Origin: Histomonas meleagridis 2922-C6/04-290x
Taxonomy: Eukaryota; Protista; Parabasalia
Direction of reading: 5' to 3'
Assembly (NCBI GenBank): GCA_020184695.1
Contig: JAANOX010000099.1
Span: 124,001 to 188,000 of the forward strand
DNA: 64,000 bases
In this document: positions 55,715-64,000 of the stretch, piece by piece
How the letters are laid out: every line of letters begins with the position of its first letter
Position numbering within the stretch: position 1 is the first letter of the stretch
Made by a program: the position numbers and the translations under genes
Notes under the pieces: model-generated
Database searches by the model: none
The model's input: only the letters and a program-made list of their open reading frames with translations
What the model was told of the DNA's origin: nothing

Positions 55715-57427
55715 TTAATCAGAAAAAGCGATATTAAACCTCACTGCCACCAAAATGACCAAACAAACAGTGGCCAAGACAATGAACAATCTCTTTAAGT
55801 ATGGGCTCAACAACACTTTCAGCAATTCTTGTTCTTTCTCAGATGTCTGATTCTTTACCATTCTGAGAGAATTCTTTGCGATGATAAACCATTTCAAAGG
55901 TTTCGCTAATATTGCAATTTTCGGTGGCATTACTTCCACCGCTTGAATCCATTCCAATGATTCTTCGAGTGGTGATTTCATGATTAGCCATAGTAATGAT
56001 TTAGCATCACCTTCTCTGACCAATCTCATTTTCTCTATAGTTTCATCTGTTTCGGCATTTTCAGTTGCCGAATATTCCATATTTGATATCTCCAACAAAT
56101 TCCTAATGGCTTCATTTTGTGGTTCAATTTTAACCCATTTAATTGGTGTTAGCTTCATATCAAGCATTTTAAGAAATGCATGTTTAGATCCTCTTTCAAC
56201 ATATTTATCAAAGAATAATGACCATGGTCCAACGTCAATAATTCTTCGTAACATAGAAAGAGCTGCTTGGCAATCAACAGTTACCCCATCGCCGCCGAGT
56301 AACTGTTGTGCAGCATCAAACATCGAAGGAGCGAAACCTTTAGTAGCCGCCTTTTTGAATAGTTTATATCCTTCTGTATTACTACGGGGCACTCCGAGTA
56401 AACCATAGTAAGTGATTTGGCCAAGTTTATGGATTGCTGGAGGATAATCTGTACGTGCTGCGTCTTTTACATATTTATATGCCTTTTGTAATTGCATTGG
56501 ATCGTTTCTTCCTATGGTCATGTATAAATCTGAGGCTAATAATAAAGCTTCAGGATCTTTAATTTTTATGGCTGAGCGAAGAAATGATAATATTTTGCTG
56601 GTGTTTTGCGGCTTACGAATAAGTTGAATTCGTGCAATGGCTGACGCTGATTGTAAATGACCTTGTTGTAATGCTTTCTTAAATTTGCTTTTGGCTGAGC
56701 GATATTCACTACGAGATGGATAAAAGACAGACATCTCATGAAGTCCAAGTTTGTATAGGTCTTTGGGATCAGTGGAATTAATTAAGCGATCAACTTCGCT
56801 TTGATTTAGGGGTGTAGATGTGGGAAATGCTTTCATTTGTGTACAAAGACTAGAGATGTCAACAAGAAGTTGAGATGCTGTGGGACATGATAAAGGTCGC
56901 AAAAAACCTTTTTCATATTGGAATGAAGAAGATAATAATGACTCAACTGATTCAGCTGTTGAATCAGTTTCAACAATAGAAACAGGTATGTCAACGTCAT
57001 AATATCTGTGATAAAAAGAAAGTGGAATAAGAGCGTTTTTATCACCGTAATCTAGAGCTTTTTGATAATATGAAAATGCTTTTTTATGGTTTTCTTCGGT
57101 TCCATAAGCACCAAACTCATAAATTCTACCTAGAATAAGGCATGCTTGTCCTGTTTTGTTTCTACAAGCTGTTCGTAATTGATAAAATGAATATGATACA
57201 TTAGTTTTAAGATTTAAATCATTAAGGATTTTATATCCCATAAATGATGAATTATTTTGTATGATACTTAAAAAATCGCCAAATATTATCTGTGAATTTA
57301 TTTTGGATGATGAATGAACTAGACCAAAAATTGGAGGTACTGGTAAATAGTTTGGGTCATTCATTCGTAAACCTGTTTTCCAAGGTGCATTTGATTGCCA
57401 TATAGCAACCAAAAAAGCTAAATACAT
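55715..57427 (-). CDS. Sel1-repeat protein with signal peptide and C-terminal TM (SEL1L/Hrd3-like)
   Basis: Sel1 repeats (ACLILGRIYEFG, AIHKLGQITYYG, SMFDAAQQLLGGDGVTVDCQAA) and a C-terminal TM. Likely start is MYLAFLVAIW. Confidence 0.8.
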   Translation of the reverse strand: MYLAFLVAIWQSNAPWKTGLRMNDPNYLPVPPIFGLVHSSSKINSQIIFGDFLSIIQNNSSFMGYKILNDLNLKTNVSYSFYQLRTACRNKTGQACLILGRIYEFGAYGTEENHKKAFSYYQKALDYGDKNALIPLSFYHRYYDVDIPVSIVETDSTAESVESLLSSSFQYEKGFLRPLSCPTASQLLVDISSLCTQMKAFPTSTPLNQSEVDRLINSTDPKDLYKLGLHEMSVFYPSRSEYRSAKSKFKKALQQGHLQSASAIARIQLIRKPQNTSKILSFLRSAIKIKDPEALLLASDLYMTIGRNDPMQLQKAYKYVKDAARTDYPPAIHKLGQITYYGLLGVPRSNTEGYKLFKKAATKGFAPSMFDAAQQLLGGDGVTVDCQAALSMLRRIIDVGPWSLFFDKYVERGSKHAFLKMLDMKLTPIKWVKIEPQNEAIRNLLEISNMEYSATENAETDETIEKMRLVREGDAKSLLWLIMKSPLEESLEWIQAVEVMPPKIAILAKPLKWFIIAKNSLRMVKNQTSEKEQELLKVLLSPYLKRLFIVLATVCLVILVAVRFNIAFSD

Positions 57428-57517
57428 TCTGTTATTCGGCCAATTAACTTGGAGATTAACGGTCATTAACATTGACGAACGTTAAAAAATACGTTTTCTA
57501 TATTTCAAAGAAAAAAA

Positions 57518-59788
57518 ATGAAGATCCAAGTTCTGTCAAAAACAGATGCAAGTTCATTAACAGGACTTAATGGAATGGTAGCTGCTCTTTGTCATGACGA
57601 TAAGTATTTCTATTCAGCAGTAGATGGAGGAGCAATTAGGAAATATTTAATGAATTCTGATGATCTTCCACAAACATCTGATGATATTTTTACATTAAAG
57701 AAATCACATATAACATGTTTAGATTGTACACATGATCAAGGAGCTCCAAATACTTTTTTTATTGGCTGCTCTGATGGAAACTTTCATTTATGTTCTTCAA
57801 ATTGGAGAATTGAAAAAACAGTTCAAGCACATAATGGTGGGATTACCTGTCTTTGCGTAAATCCTGATGGTGCTTCAATTGCTTCTGCTGGTGAAGATGG
57901 AATAATCAAAATATGGAGTCGAAATGGAATATTAAGATCCACATTAGCAAGTTGTGGGGCAGCCGTCACATCTATGAATTGGGATTGTACAGGAAAATAT
58001 TTAATGTTTACACATGGTGGAATGATAACTGTTCGATCAGCATCATTTAAACAAGATCAAACACAATTTAGAGGTCATCGGAGACTAATTACATGCAGTG
58101 ATTGGAACAAAGCCACAAATGAGATCATCACAGGAAGTGAAGATCGCATTGCTAGAATCTTTGATCCTGATGGACGAATGATAGTTGAATCCGCACAATT
58201 CGATTATGCTGTTACCACAGTACGCTTTCTTTCATCTATAAAGCTTATTCTTATTGGTACAGCTCATCATTTATATCTTACAGATCTTCAGCTTCGGATA
58301 ATTAATACCCTTCCGCTTGCTTCTGGAGCTGCTATTTGCGTAATGGATGATCAACCACGTGCTATAGTTGGCGGAAATGGAACACTTTCGTTAATATCAA
58401 TTATAGGGAAAAAAGCATTTTATCGAGATTGTGAAGTTTTCATGGAATCTCCCAAAAAACTTATTGTTTATGATCTTAAGAATGGCATCACAGAAAACCT
58501 TCAATTTTCGACTTCGGTTGTAGACTTTTATTTAGCATTTGATCATTTAATTGTTGTTTTACAAAACAAAATTCACATTTATAAATCAAGTCAATGGAGC
58601 ACTCCGTCTATCGTCGATACAAAAGAAACCGCTAGAGCACTTTTGCAATCGCAAACGATTTTTGTTTACATAACCGTTGCTGGCGCTCAAGTTATCGGTT
58701 ACGATGGAAGACCTATTTCAAGGATAAATGATTCTCGTATTAAATGGGATTTATTATCACTTGACTTGGTTTCATTGTCACCATGCGTTTTGGCTGTTGT
58801 CTCACCTGATGATCGAAAACATGTTTTTGCATTTTCGGCATCAACTGGTCAAATGATTACAGCTGAACCATTAAACCACCCTTCTGAAATTAAAAACATT
58901 CGTACTAATCAAGCTACTACACAAAACAAAGCAAGAATTGGTCTATTAAATTCAAATGGAGATTTAACAATTTGTCGTTTTGTTTCTGCAAACTCACGTT
59001 CTATGACCATAGAATCCCAAAAACTAGCCAATTTTATTGATGAATTTCAATGGCATACATCACATGATGTTATCTTAGCACGTAGTGATAAAACTCTTAC
59101 AGTTTGGTGTTGCCCGAATGCCATATTCTTTACGCCCGAACTAATGCCCATGCTCAAAACCGAGCTCCGATTATTATTTGATGTATCTGAAATCACTTCA
59201 TTTGATGGAACGCATGCATTTGTTACCTCCAAAGATGGCTCGCTATGTGTAGCTCCCATTTCACCATATCTTATCATGGTTCATGAAGCCATTGACATTC
59301 ATAAGAATTGGAAATTAGTTCTTCAAATCTGTCGATCTGCAAACGACCAAAGCCTTTGGGCTGTCTGCGCTGCATGTGCCATACAATCTGGCGAAATTGA
59401 CGCTGCTCAAGAATCATATGCAGTATTGTCGCTCATTGACAAAGTTATGTTTCTCGAGAAAGTTAAAAAGATGCAAAGCCCCGCAGCACGTAACGCGATG
59501 ATTGCCGTGTTGCAAGGCCGCGTGAACGAAGCAGAGGGAATTCTTTTGCAGGGAAGATGCATATTCCGAGCAATAAAGTTAAACATCGAACTCGGAAGAT
59601 GGGAACACGCATTAGACATAGCGAAGACACATAATAAGTACGTCGAAGTTGTTGCCGCTTATAGAACAAAGTTCTTGAAAGATATGGATATGGAGGAAAC
59701 TGACCAAAACTTTATTAAGATTGGACAAGTCGATATGGAAAGCATTAAGGATGTGCTGAAAAAGGTAAAGAGTGAGGAAAATGAGTAA
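57518..59788 (+). CDS. IFT80: Intraflagellar transport protein 80
   Basis: N-terminal WD40s (AHNGGITCLCVNPDGASIASAGEDGIIKIWSRNG, ITGSED) and C-terminal RWEHALDIAKTHNKYVEVVAAYRTKFL, 756 aa. Confidence 0.9.
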   Translation: MKIQVLSKTDASSLTGLNGMVAALCHDDKYFYSAVDGGAIRKYLMNSDDLPQTSDDIFTLKKSHITCLDCTHDQGAPNTFFIGCSDGNFHLCSSNWRIEKTVQAHNGGITCLCVNPDGASIASAGEDGIIKIWSRNGILRSTLASCGAAVTSMNWDCTGKYLMFTHGGMITVRSASFKQDQTQFRGHRRLITCSDWNKATNEIITGSEDRIARIFDPDGRMIVESAQFDYAVTTVRFLSSIKLILIGTAHHLYLTDLQLRIINTLPLASGAAICVMDDQPRAIVGGNGTLSLISIIGKKAFYRDCEVFMESPKKLIVYDLKNGITENLQFSTSVVDFYLAFDHLIVVLQNKIHIYKSSQWSTPSIVDTKETARALLQSQTIFVYITVAGAQVIGYDGRPISRINDSRIKWDLLSLDLVSLSPCVLAVVSPDDRKHVFAFSASTGQMITAEPLNHPSEIKNIRTNQATTQNKARIGLLNSNGDLTICRFVSANSRSMTIESQKLANFIDEFQWHTSHDVILARSDKTLTVWCCPNAIFFTPELMPMLKTELRLLFDVSEITSFDGTHAFVTSKDGSLCVAPISPYLIMVHEAIDIHKNWKLVLQICRSANDQSLWAVCAACAIQSGEIDAAQESYAVLSLIDKVMFLEKVKKMQSPAARNAMIAVLQGRVNEAEGILLQGRCIFRAIKLNIELGRWEHALDIAKTHNKYVEVVAAYRTKFLKDMDMEETDQNFIKIGQVDMESIKDVLKKVKSEENE

Positions 59789-60199
59789 AAAGTAATATAA
59801 GAATAATAAATCATTTTATATTAAATTGATTGAGACATTTTTTGGTTAAATTATTCACTTTTTTGTTGAATAATAAAGAGCCTTCAACATTTTTAGTTAA
59901 CCTATACAGTGTTTTTCTATAGGGAAAATTTTGATATGAAAAAGATCAATGAATAAAAATAAAAGAGAGATAAAGATATGGAAAATTATGATAATTGATT
60001 TGTTGATGGAAAAATTTTACAATATTTTGATACAAAAATGTTATATATCTTTTGTAATATGCTCATAAACAAAAAAATTTCTTAAATATATGGAAATCTA
60101 ACCTTCTTATATATTCTTTAAAGATAATCTAAAAAATCGCATCGAACAAACTCTCTCAAAAATGTACTTTCAAATTTGTTTGGTTTATTTATCGTCATA

Positions 60200-61525
60200 A
60201 TGAGTGAACGAAGGAAATGGGTCATTCAAACAGAAGAAGAAGAAGAATATGATCCATTCGCAGATTTATCAATTGTAGTACCGATTGATATTGATAATAT
60301 CACACAAGCGGTACAATGTTTATTGCATGATGATTTAAATATAAGAATTCAATGTGTAAACTTACTTGCAAAATACATGCAAATGTGTCCCAGATATATA
60401 ATGAGTAAATTTAATGAAAACCACATAAGAGTTCTTACAGAAATGATAAATATTGAAGAATGTTTTCCAACAGCCTTAATGATTTTTCTTAAAATGAGTG
60501 CAAAATCAGAGTTTCCATTTCCTGTAGATGTAATTCGCTTAATTTCACCATATTTAAAAAAAGAGATTGAAATTGAATCAACCGAAAATATTCTTGTTCT
60601 CGTTGGAAATTTAGTATCACGTGATCCTATTTATTTTCAAGTTGGTTTAGATTTAATTCCAGACATTTTAAGAATTGATGTTCAAAATGATTCAAGAATT
60701 CAGAAACTCAAGAGTTGGACATTATCACAATTCATGAAATTTGAAAATCCTGTTTATGGAAACGACATATTGGAATTTCTTGGCAGCAACATCAACACAG
60801 GGAATGAAAAAACTGACAGAAATTCACTTTTTGGGTATTTCAATGCATTGAATTGGTTCACAAATTTAAACGTTTTCATCGAACGGTTTATGGTGATGGA
60901 GAACGTTTACAGACTAATGATGTGCTCAGTCAATTGGAAAACAATTGAGATGTGTCTTTCCTTTCTTGAAAGATATTTAAAGAACACCACGTATGGAATC
61001 CCTGTTGGAGACTTTGCAGTTGCAATCTCACGGATTTTTAGCTTAAGATTTGTTGATAAAATTCAAGTCTTTGAGCATTGTATTTGTGTGCTAAGCATAT
61101 GCATTCTAACAAGAGAAAATTCTGTGTATGTTATTTTCCAAACATTTGGACAAATTGGAATACAAAACATTTTATCAACACAAATCTTCCAGGTTCAACT
61201 GATGTTTTTCAAGTTTCTGTGTGAGGTAGCTCAAGGCTGTGTTTTTGCATTGTTGAGAATACCATCAAACGAATTTGCGGAATTAATGAAACAAGTGATT
61301 GAATGCGGTGAAACAGAAATCCTTTGGATTGCATTAAAGACAATCAACAAAATAATCAATTGCATGTCAAGTGAGACATGGACAATTGAATTTTTAAAAG
61401 TAATAGATCAACCACAAGGAGTTATAGATCAAATAAATGGAGAACTCACAGATGATCAACCAGATGAATTACTTAAAGAGTTTGATGTGTGCGTCGAAGC
61501 TGTTTCACAGATCCTAAAATCATAG
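60200..61525 (+). CDS. Hypothetical ARM/HEAT-repeat protein
   Basis: ATG 60200 and helical repeats (ILVLVGNLVSRDP, SWTLSQF). Confidence 0.7.
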   Translation: MSERRKWVIQTEEEEEYDPFADLSIVVPIDIDNITQAVQCLLHDDLNIRIQCVNLLAKYMQMCPRYIMSKFNENHIRVLTEMINIEECFPTALMIFLKMSAKSEFPFPVDVIRLISPYLKKEIEIESTENILVLVGNLVSRDPIYFQVGLDLIPDILRIDVQNDSRIQKLKSWTLSQFMKFENPVYGNDILEFLGSNINTGNEKTDRNSLFGYFNALNWFTNLNVFIERFMVMENVYRLMMCSVNWKTIEMCLSFLERYLKNTTYGIPVGDFAVAISRIFSLRFVDKIQVFEHCICVLSICILTRENSVYVIFQTFGQIGIQNILSTQIFQVQLMFFKFLCEVAQGCVFALLRIPSNEFAELMKQVIECGETEILWIALKTINKIINCMSSETWTIEFLKVIDQPQGVIDQINGELTDDQPDELLKEFDVCVEAVSQILKS

Positions 61526-61767
61526 CGCATGAGATAAACGTTCTCCAAATAACCGTCGCATCAAATTCAGAATTTATTCGCGATGATAAAATGTATTTTT
61601 TGTGTTTTTAAAACTTTTTTAAACTAAATTGTATTATTTCTCATTACACATAAGCAAAACTTAAAATCTCATTTCAAAAAATATGATTGAACAAACAAAT
61701 CCGCAATAAAAAGACATCTCCTTCACGAGTGAAGTATGTTATTTTTTGATGTTGTTTTGGTGCGTGT

Positions 61768-62421
61768 TTAGTAAACGCGGTGTGGTTTGCCCATTGTTGA
61801 ATGGAGAGTGATGGCACCAATTGATTGCCATTGTTTCTTAAGGAGAGAAACAACGTAGTTTGTGGCAAGCATAACATTTTGGTATACTTGTTCGGGCTTC
61901 ATTGCAACGTTGGCAACGGCAACGCCAAATGCAATTGACTTCTTGAGCCTGAACTTGACTGTCTTGCGGGCTTCATCAACAGCATCAGCAACTTTGTCAG
62001 ATGAACGGATTGGTGCTGGGAATTTACCTGTCTTGTTGAATGCTGGACCTAATGTCTTGTTAAGGTTCTTGATGATGGTATCAGAAGCAAGGAAAAGATG
62101 ATGCTTCTTTGCCCAGTACTTGATTGTCTTCTTGTCCTTGTTGAAGTTTGTAAGGGTTTGGAGGTCATAGTATGGAACATTGATAGCAGCAGCTTGTTCG
62201 CAGTGAATCTTATCACCCATGATACCAATGCGAAGGCCTGGACGGATAACATTTGGAAGCTTGATGCTACCAATGAAACGCTTATCCTTTGCGATGTTAT
62301 AACCCTTAAGACGGATTTGAAGTTCGATAGTTTCGGTGAACTTCCTCTTCTTCTTGTTGTTAGAGTAGTCAAGGATTTCAGCAATAGCAGACCTAAGGTT
62401 CTCCTGATGAATGCGAGACAT
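61768..62421 (-). CDS. RPL10A: 60S ribosomal protein uL1 (L10a)
   Basis: KKKRKFTETIELQIRLKGYNIAKDKRFIGSIKLP and LLKKQWQSIGAITLHSTMGKP. 217 aa from ATG 62421. Confidence 0.97.
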   Translation of the reverse strand: MSRIHQENLRSAIAEILDYSNNKKKRKFTETIELQIRLKGYNIAKDKRFIGSIKLPNVIRPGLRIGIMGDKIHCEQAAAINVPYYDLQTLTNFNKDKKTIKYWAKKHHLFLASDTIIKNLNKTLGPAFNKTGKFPAPIRSSDKVADAVDEARKTVKFRLKKSIAFGVAVANVAMKPEQVYQNVMLATNYVVSLLKKQWQSIGAITLHSTMGKPHRVY

Positions 62422-62428
62422 TTTGCAG

Positions 62429-62449
62429 AAAGGACGGACCATAACCGCT
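62429..62449 (-). promoter_or_regulatory. M3-like (AGCGGTTA) plus M5 (CCTTT) core promoter of RPL10A
   Basis: Minus strand AGCGGTTATGGTCCGTCCTTT. It shares CGGTTATGGTC with the RPS3A promoter. Confidence 0.7.
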
Positions 62450-62626
62450 TTAACCGATGAAAAATAAATTGTGTCAATTTAAAAACTCACAAATATTTTT
62501 GCCAAGAACTTGTTTAAAAACACATTTTTCTCATAACACATAACGGAAATGTTATAATCGTCTAAGATTAGTCGCAAAAAGTATGTCACAATTTTTTAGG
62601 ATTGATAGCGAACAAAAATAATATGA

Positions 62627-63496
62627 TTAGATATTTCTGGACGATTCCTCAATTTCTCTTTTGAGCCCTTCGTTTGTGAATGTTGGGTATATGATCTCCT
62701 TCCAATCAGGATTTGAGTATTTTTTGATCCATGGAATAACAATCTTCATCCATTTGTAAACGGGCTCCACTTCCTTGGTGACTGGGTCAATACGCGTGTA
62801 GTGAATTATTGCGGCGTTTTTGAGTTTTTCTGACTCGTCATTGTTTACCAGCTTTTTTCTGAACTCTGATTGGGGGATCATCTCTATGCGGGTTCGCAGG
62901 ACTTGCATCACATGGAAATGTGTAACTATAATCGCCGAACTTGGTTGAATTGGAAACTCAGAAAGTTGGTCAAGAATATAATCAACTCGAAGAGCAACAT
63001 CAGCAAGTGATTCACCAGAAGGAGGTTTCCAATAAAAAGCATCGCGCTCACGCCACTTGAGTTGCGCTTCAAATCGCTTTTGACGTACGGCATATGAGAG
63101 TCTTGAGAGTTTACCAAAATTTCGCTCATGAAGAAAAACATTACGAGTCCAATTGGCATGAGGGAGATTGAGAAGAGCTGCTGTTTCAAGCGCTCGAATG
63201 TATTCACTGCAAAGATATTGTCCAAAAAAATATGATACATTTTTTTTTATCCATTCACCTGCCGCTCTACTTTGTTCTCTACCTTTAGATGTAAGGCGCC
63301 ATTGTGATTCATGTGTTTCAAGGAATTTTGGTGAGAAAAATTGGTAATTTCCTTTTTTTTCTTCAGCATAGGCTTTGTTTCCTTCTGCATATCCATGCCG
63401 AACAAGAATCAAATCTTTGGGCATGTTAATCAACCCTACAAGAGGAACTTTTTGTGATTTTGCTAAGAAACGCCCAAAAGAACATGATTTTATCAT
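62627..63496 (-). CDS. Histidine phosphatase / phosphoglycerate mutase-family protein
   Basis: LILVRHG, LTSKGREQS, SEYIRALETA, ERNFG, PPSGES, VTH. Confidence 0.88.
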   Translation of the reverse strand: MIKSCSFGRFLAKSQKVPLVGLINMPKDLILVRHGYAEGNKAYAEEKKGNYQFFSPKFLETHESQWRLTSKGREQSRAAGEWIKKNVSYFFGQYLCSEYIRALETAALLNLPHANWTRNVFLHERNFGKLSRLSYAVRQKRFEAQLKWRERDAFYWKPPSGESLADVALRVDYILDQLSEFPIQPSSAIIVTHFHVMQVLRTRIEMIPQSEFRKKLVNNDESEKLKNAAIIHYTRIDPVTKEVEPVYKWMKIVIPWIKKYSNPDWKEIIYPTFTNEGLKREIEESSRNI

Positions 63497-64000
63497 ATGC
63501 CGATAAAAGCCGATAGAATGGGTATTTTCGACCGTTTAAAGTATATCGGTAACGTCACTTTTGGTTTATGAAAAACTCAATCATGACAGAAAACACCACA
63601 AATGAATAAAATGAAAATGTCTTTATTTTGTTATATAAAGAACAAATTATAAAGTAAGTTTAATAAAATTTTTTTTTATGAATGTAAAATATAAATAAAT
63701 CTATCTAAAAAATCATGTGAATATCTTTACGAAAAAATTGAAGGAATCAACAAAAAATATGATATTAATGTTCATGTTTTGTAGAGGGATGTTATGATAT
63801 CTTATTGTTAAAGAATATGGGAAATTTGAGTGGTTTAAATATTCCCTAATATCACTTTGATATATCAAAATAATAAAATAAATTTCAAATAAAACAAATA
63901 AATATCTTTGGTATTAATTTCAATTCATTCTTGTTCATGAAGTAGTTGAACGATTTCTGTATACCCATTTTCAGATGCATACATAAGTACTGTCAAAAAT

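Noticed and set aside
244-63240. Numerous 60-160-aa ORFs overlapping larger genes on other frames or strands
   Set aside because: These are shadow ORFs of AT-rich coding sequence, often with non-ATG starts and no motifs.
1-64000. tRNA or rRNA genes
   Set aside because: No cloverleaf A/B-box pattern or rRNA-like stretch was recognised by eye. A covariance-model search was not possible.

Overview
This is an AT-rich, gene-dense, nearly intron-free eukaryotic window from a parabasalid (trichomonad). The evidence is an IBP39 initiator-binding protein, TCAYT-type Inr motifs, M3/M5-type ribosomal-protein promoters, and BspA and DUF3447-type ankyrin families. A Tritrichomonas/Histomonas-like species is an inference only. 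Housekeeping genes include eS1/RPS3A, uL1/RPL10A, an eL41 missed by the ORF track, BFR2/AATF, ICMT, V-ATPase C, IFT80, SEL1L-like, an Akt-like kinase, a TBC RabGAP, PMT-like, GT31 and IQCH-like. Accessory content includes a 2.1-kb inverted duplication of a BspA gene and a transposon island with a MULE remnant and a P-element-like element bounded by 12-bp inverted repeats. Several genes are split by 1-nt indels in homopolymer runs, most likely assembly errors. The most unusual signal is the ankyrin gene at 52469-55336. Ten stop-free ankyrin units (nine of 90 nt plus a shorter terminal one) recur with an exact 170-nt period. They are separated by nine non-coding spacers of exactly 80 nt that are sequence-divergent, contain stops, break the frame and lack consistent GT-AG ends. 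This is a candidate undescribed non-canonical splicing or cassette system. Also notable are a pseudokinase-atlastin/GBP-like fusion and a candidate 23-nt intron. All calls are by-eye motif recognition with no database searches.
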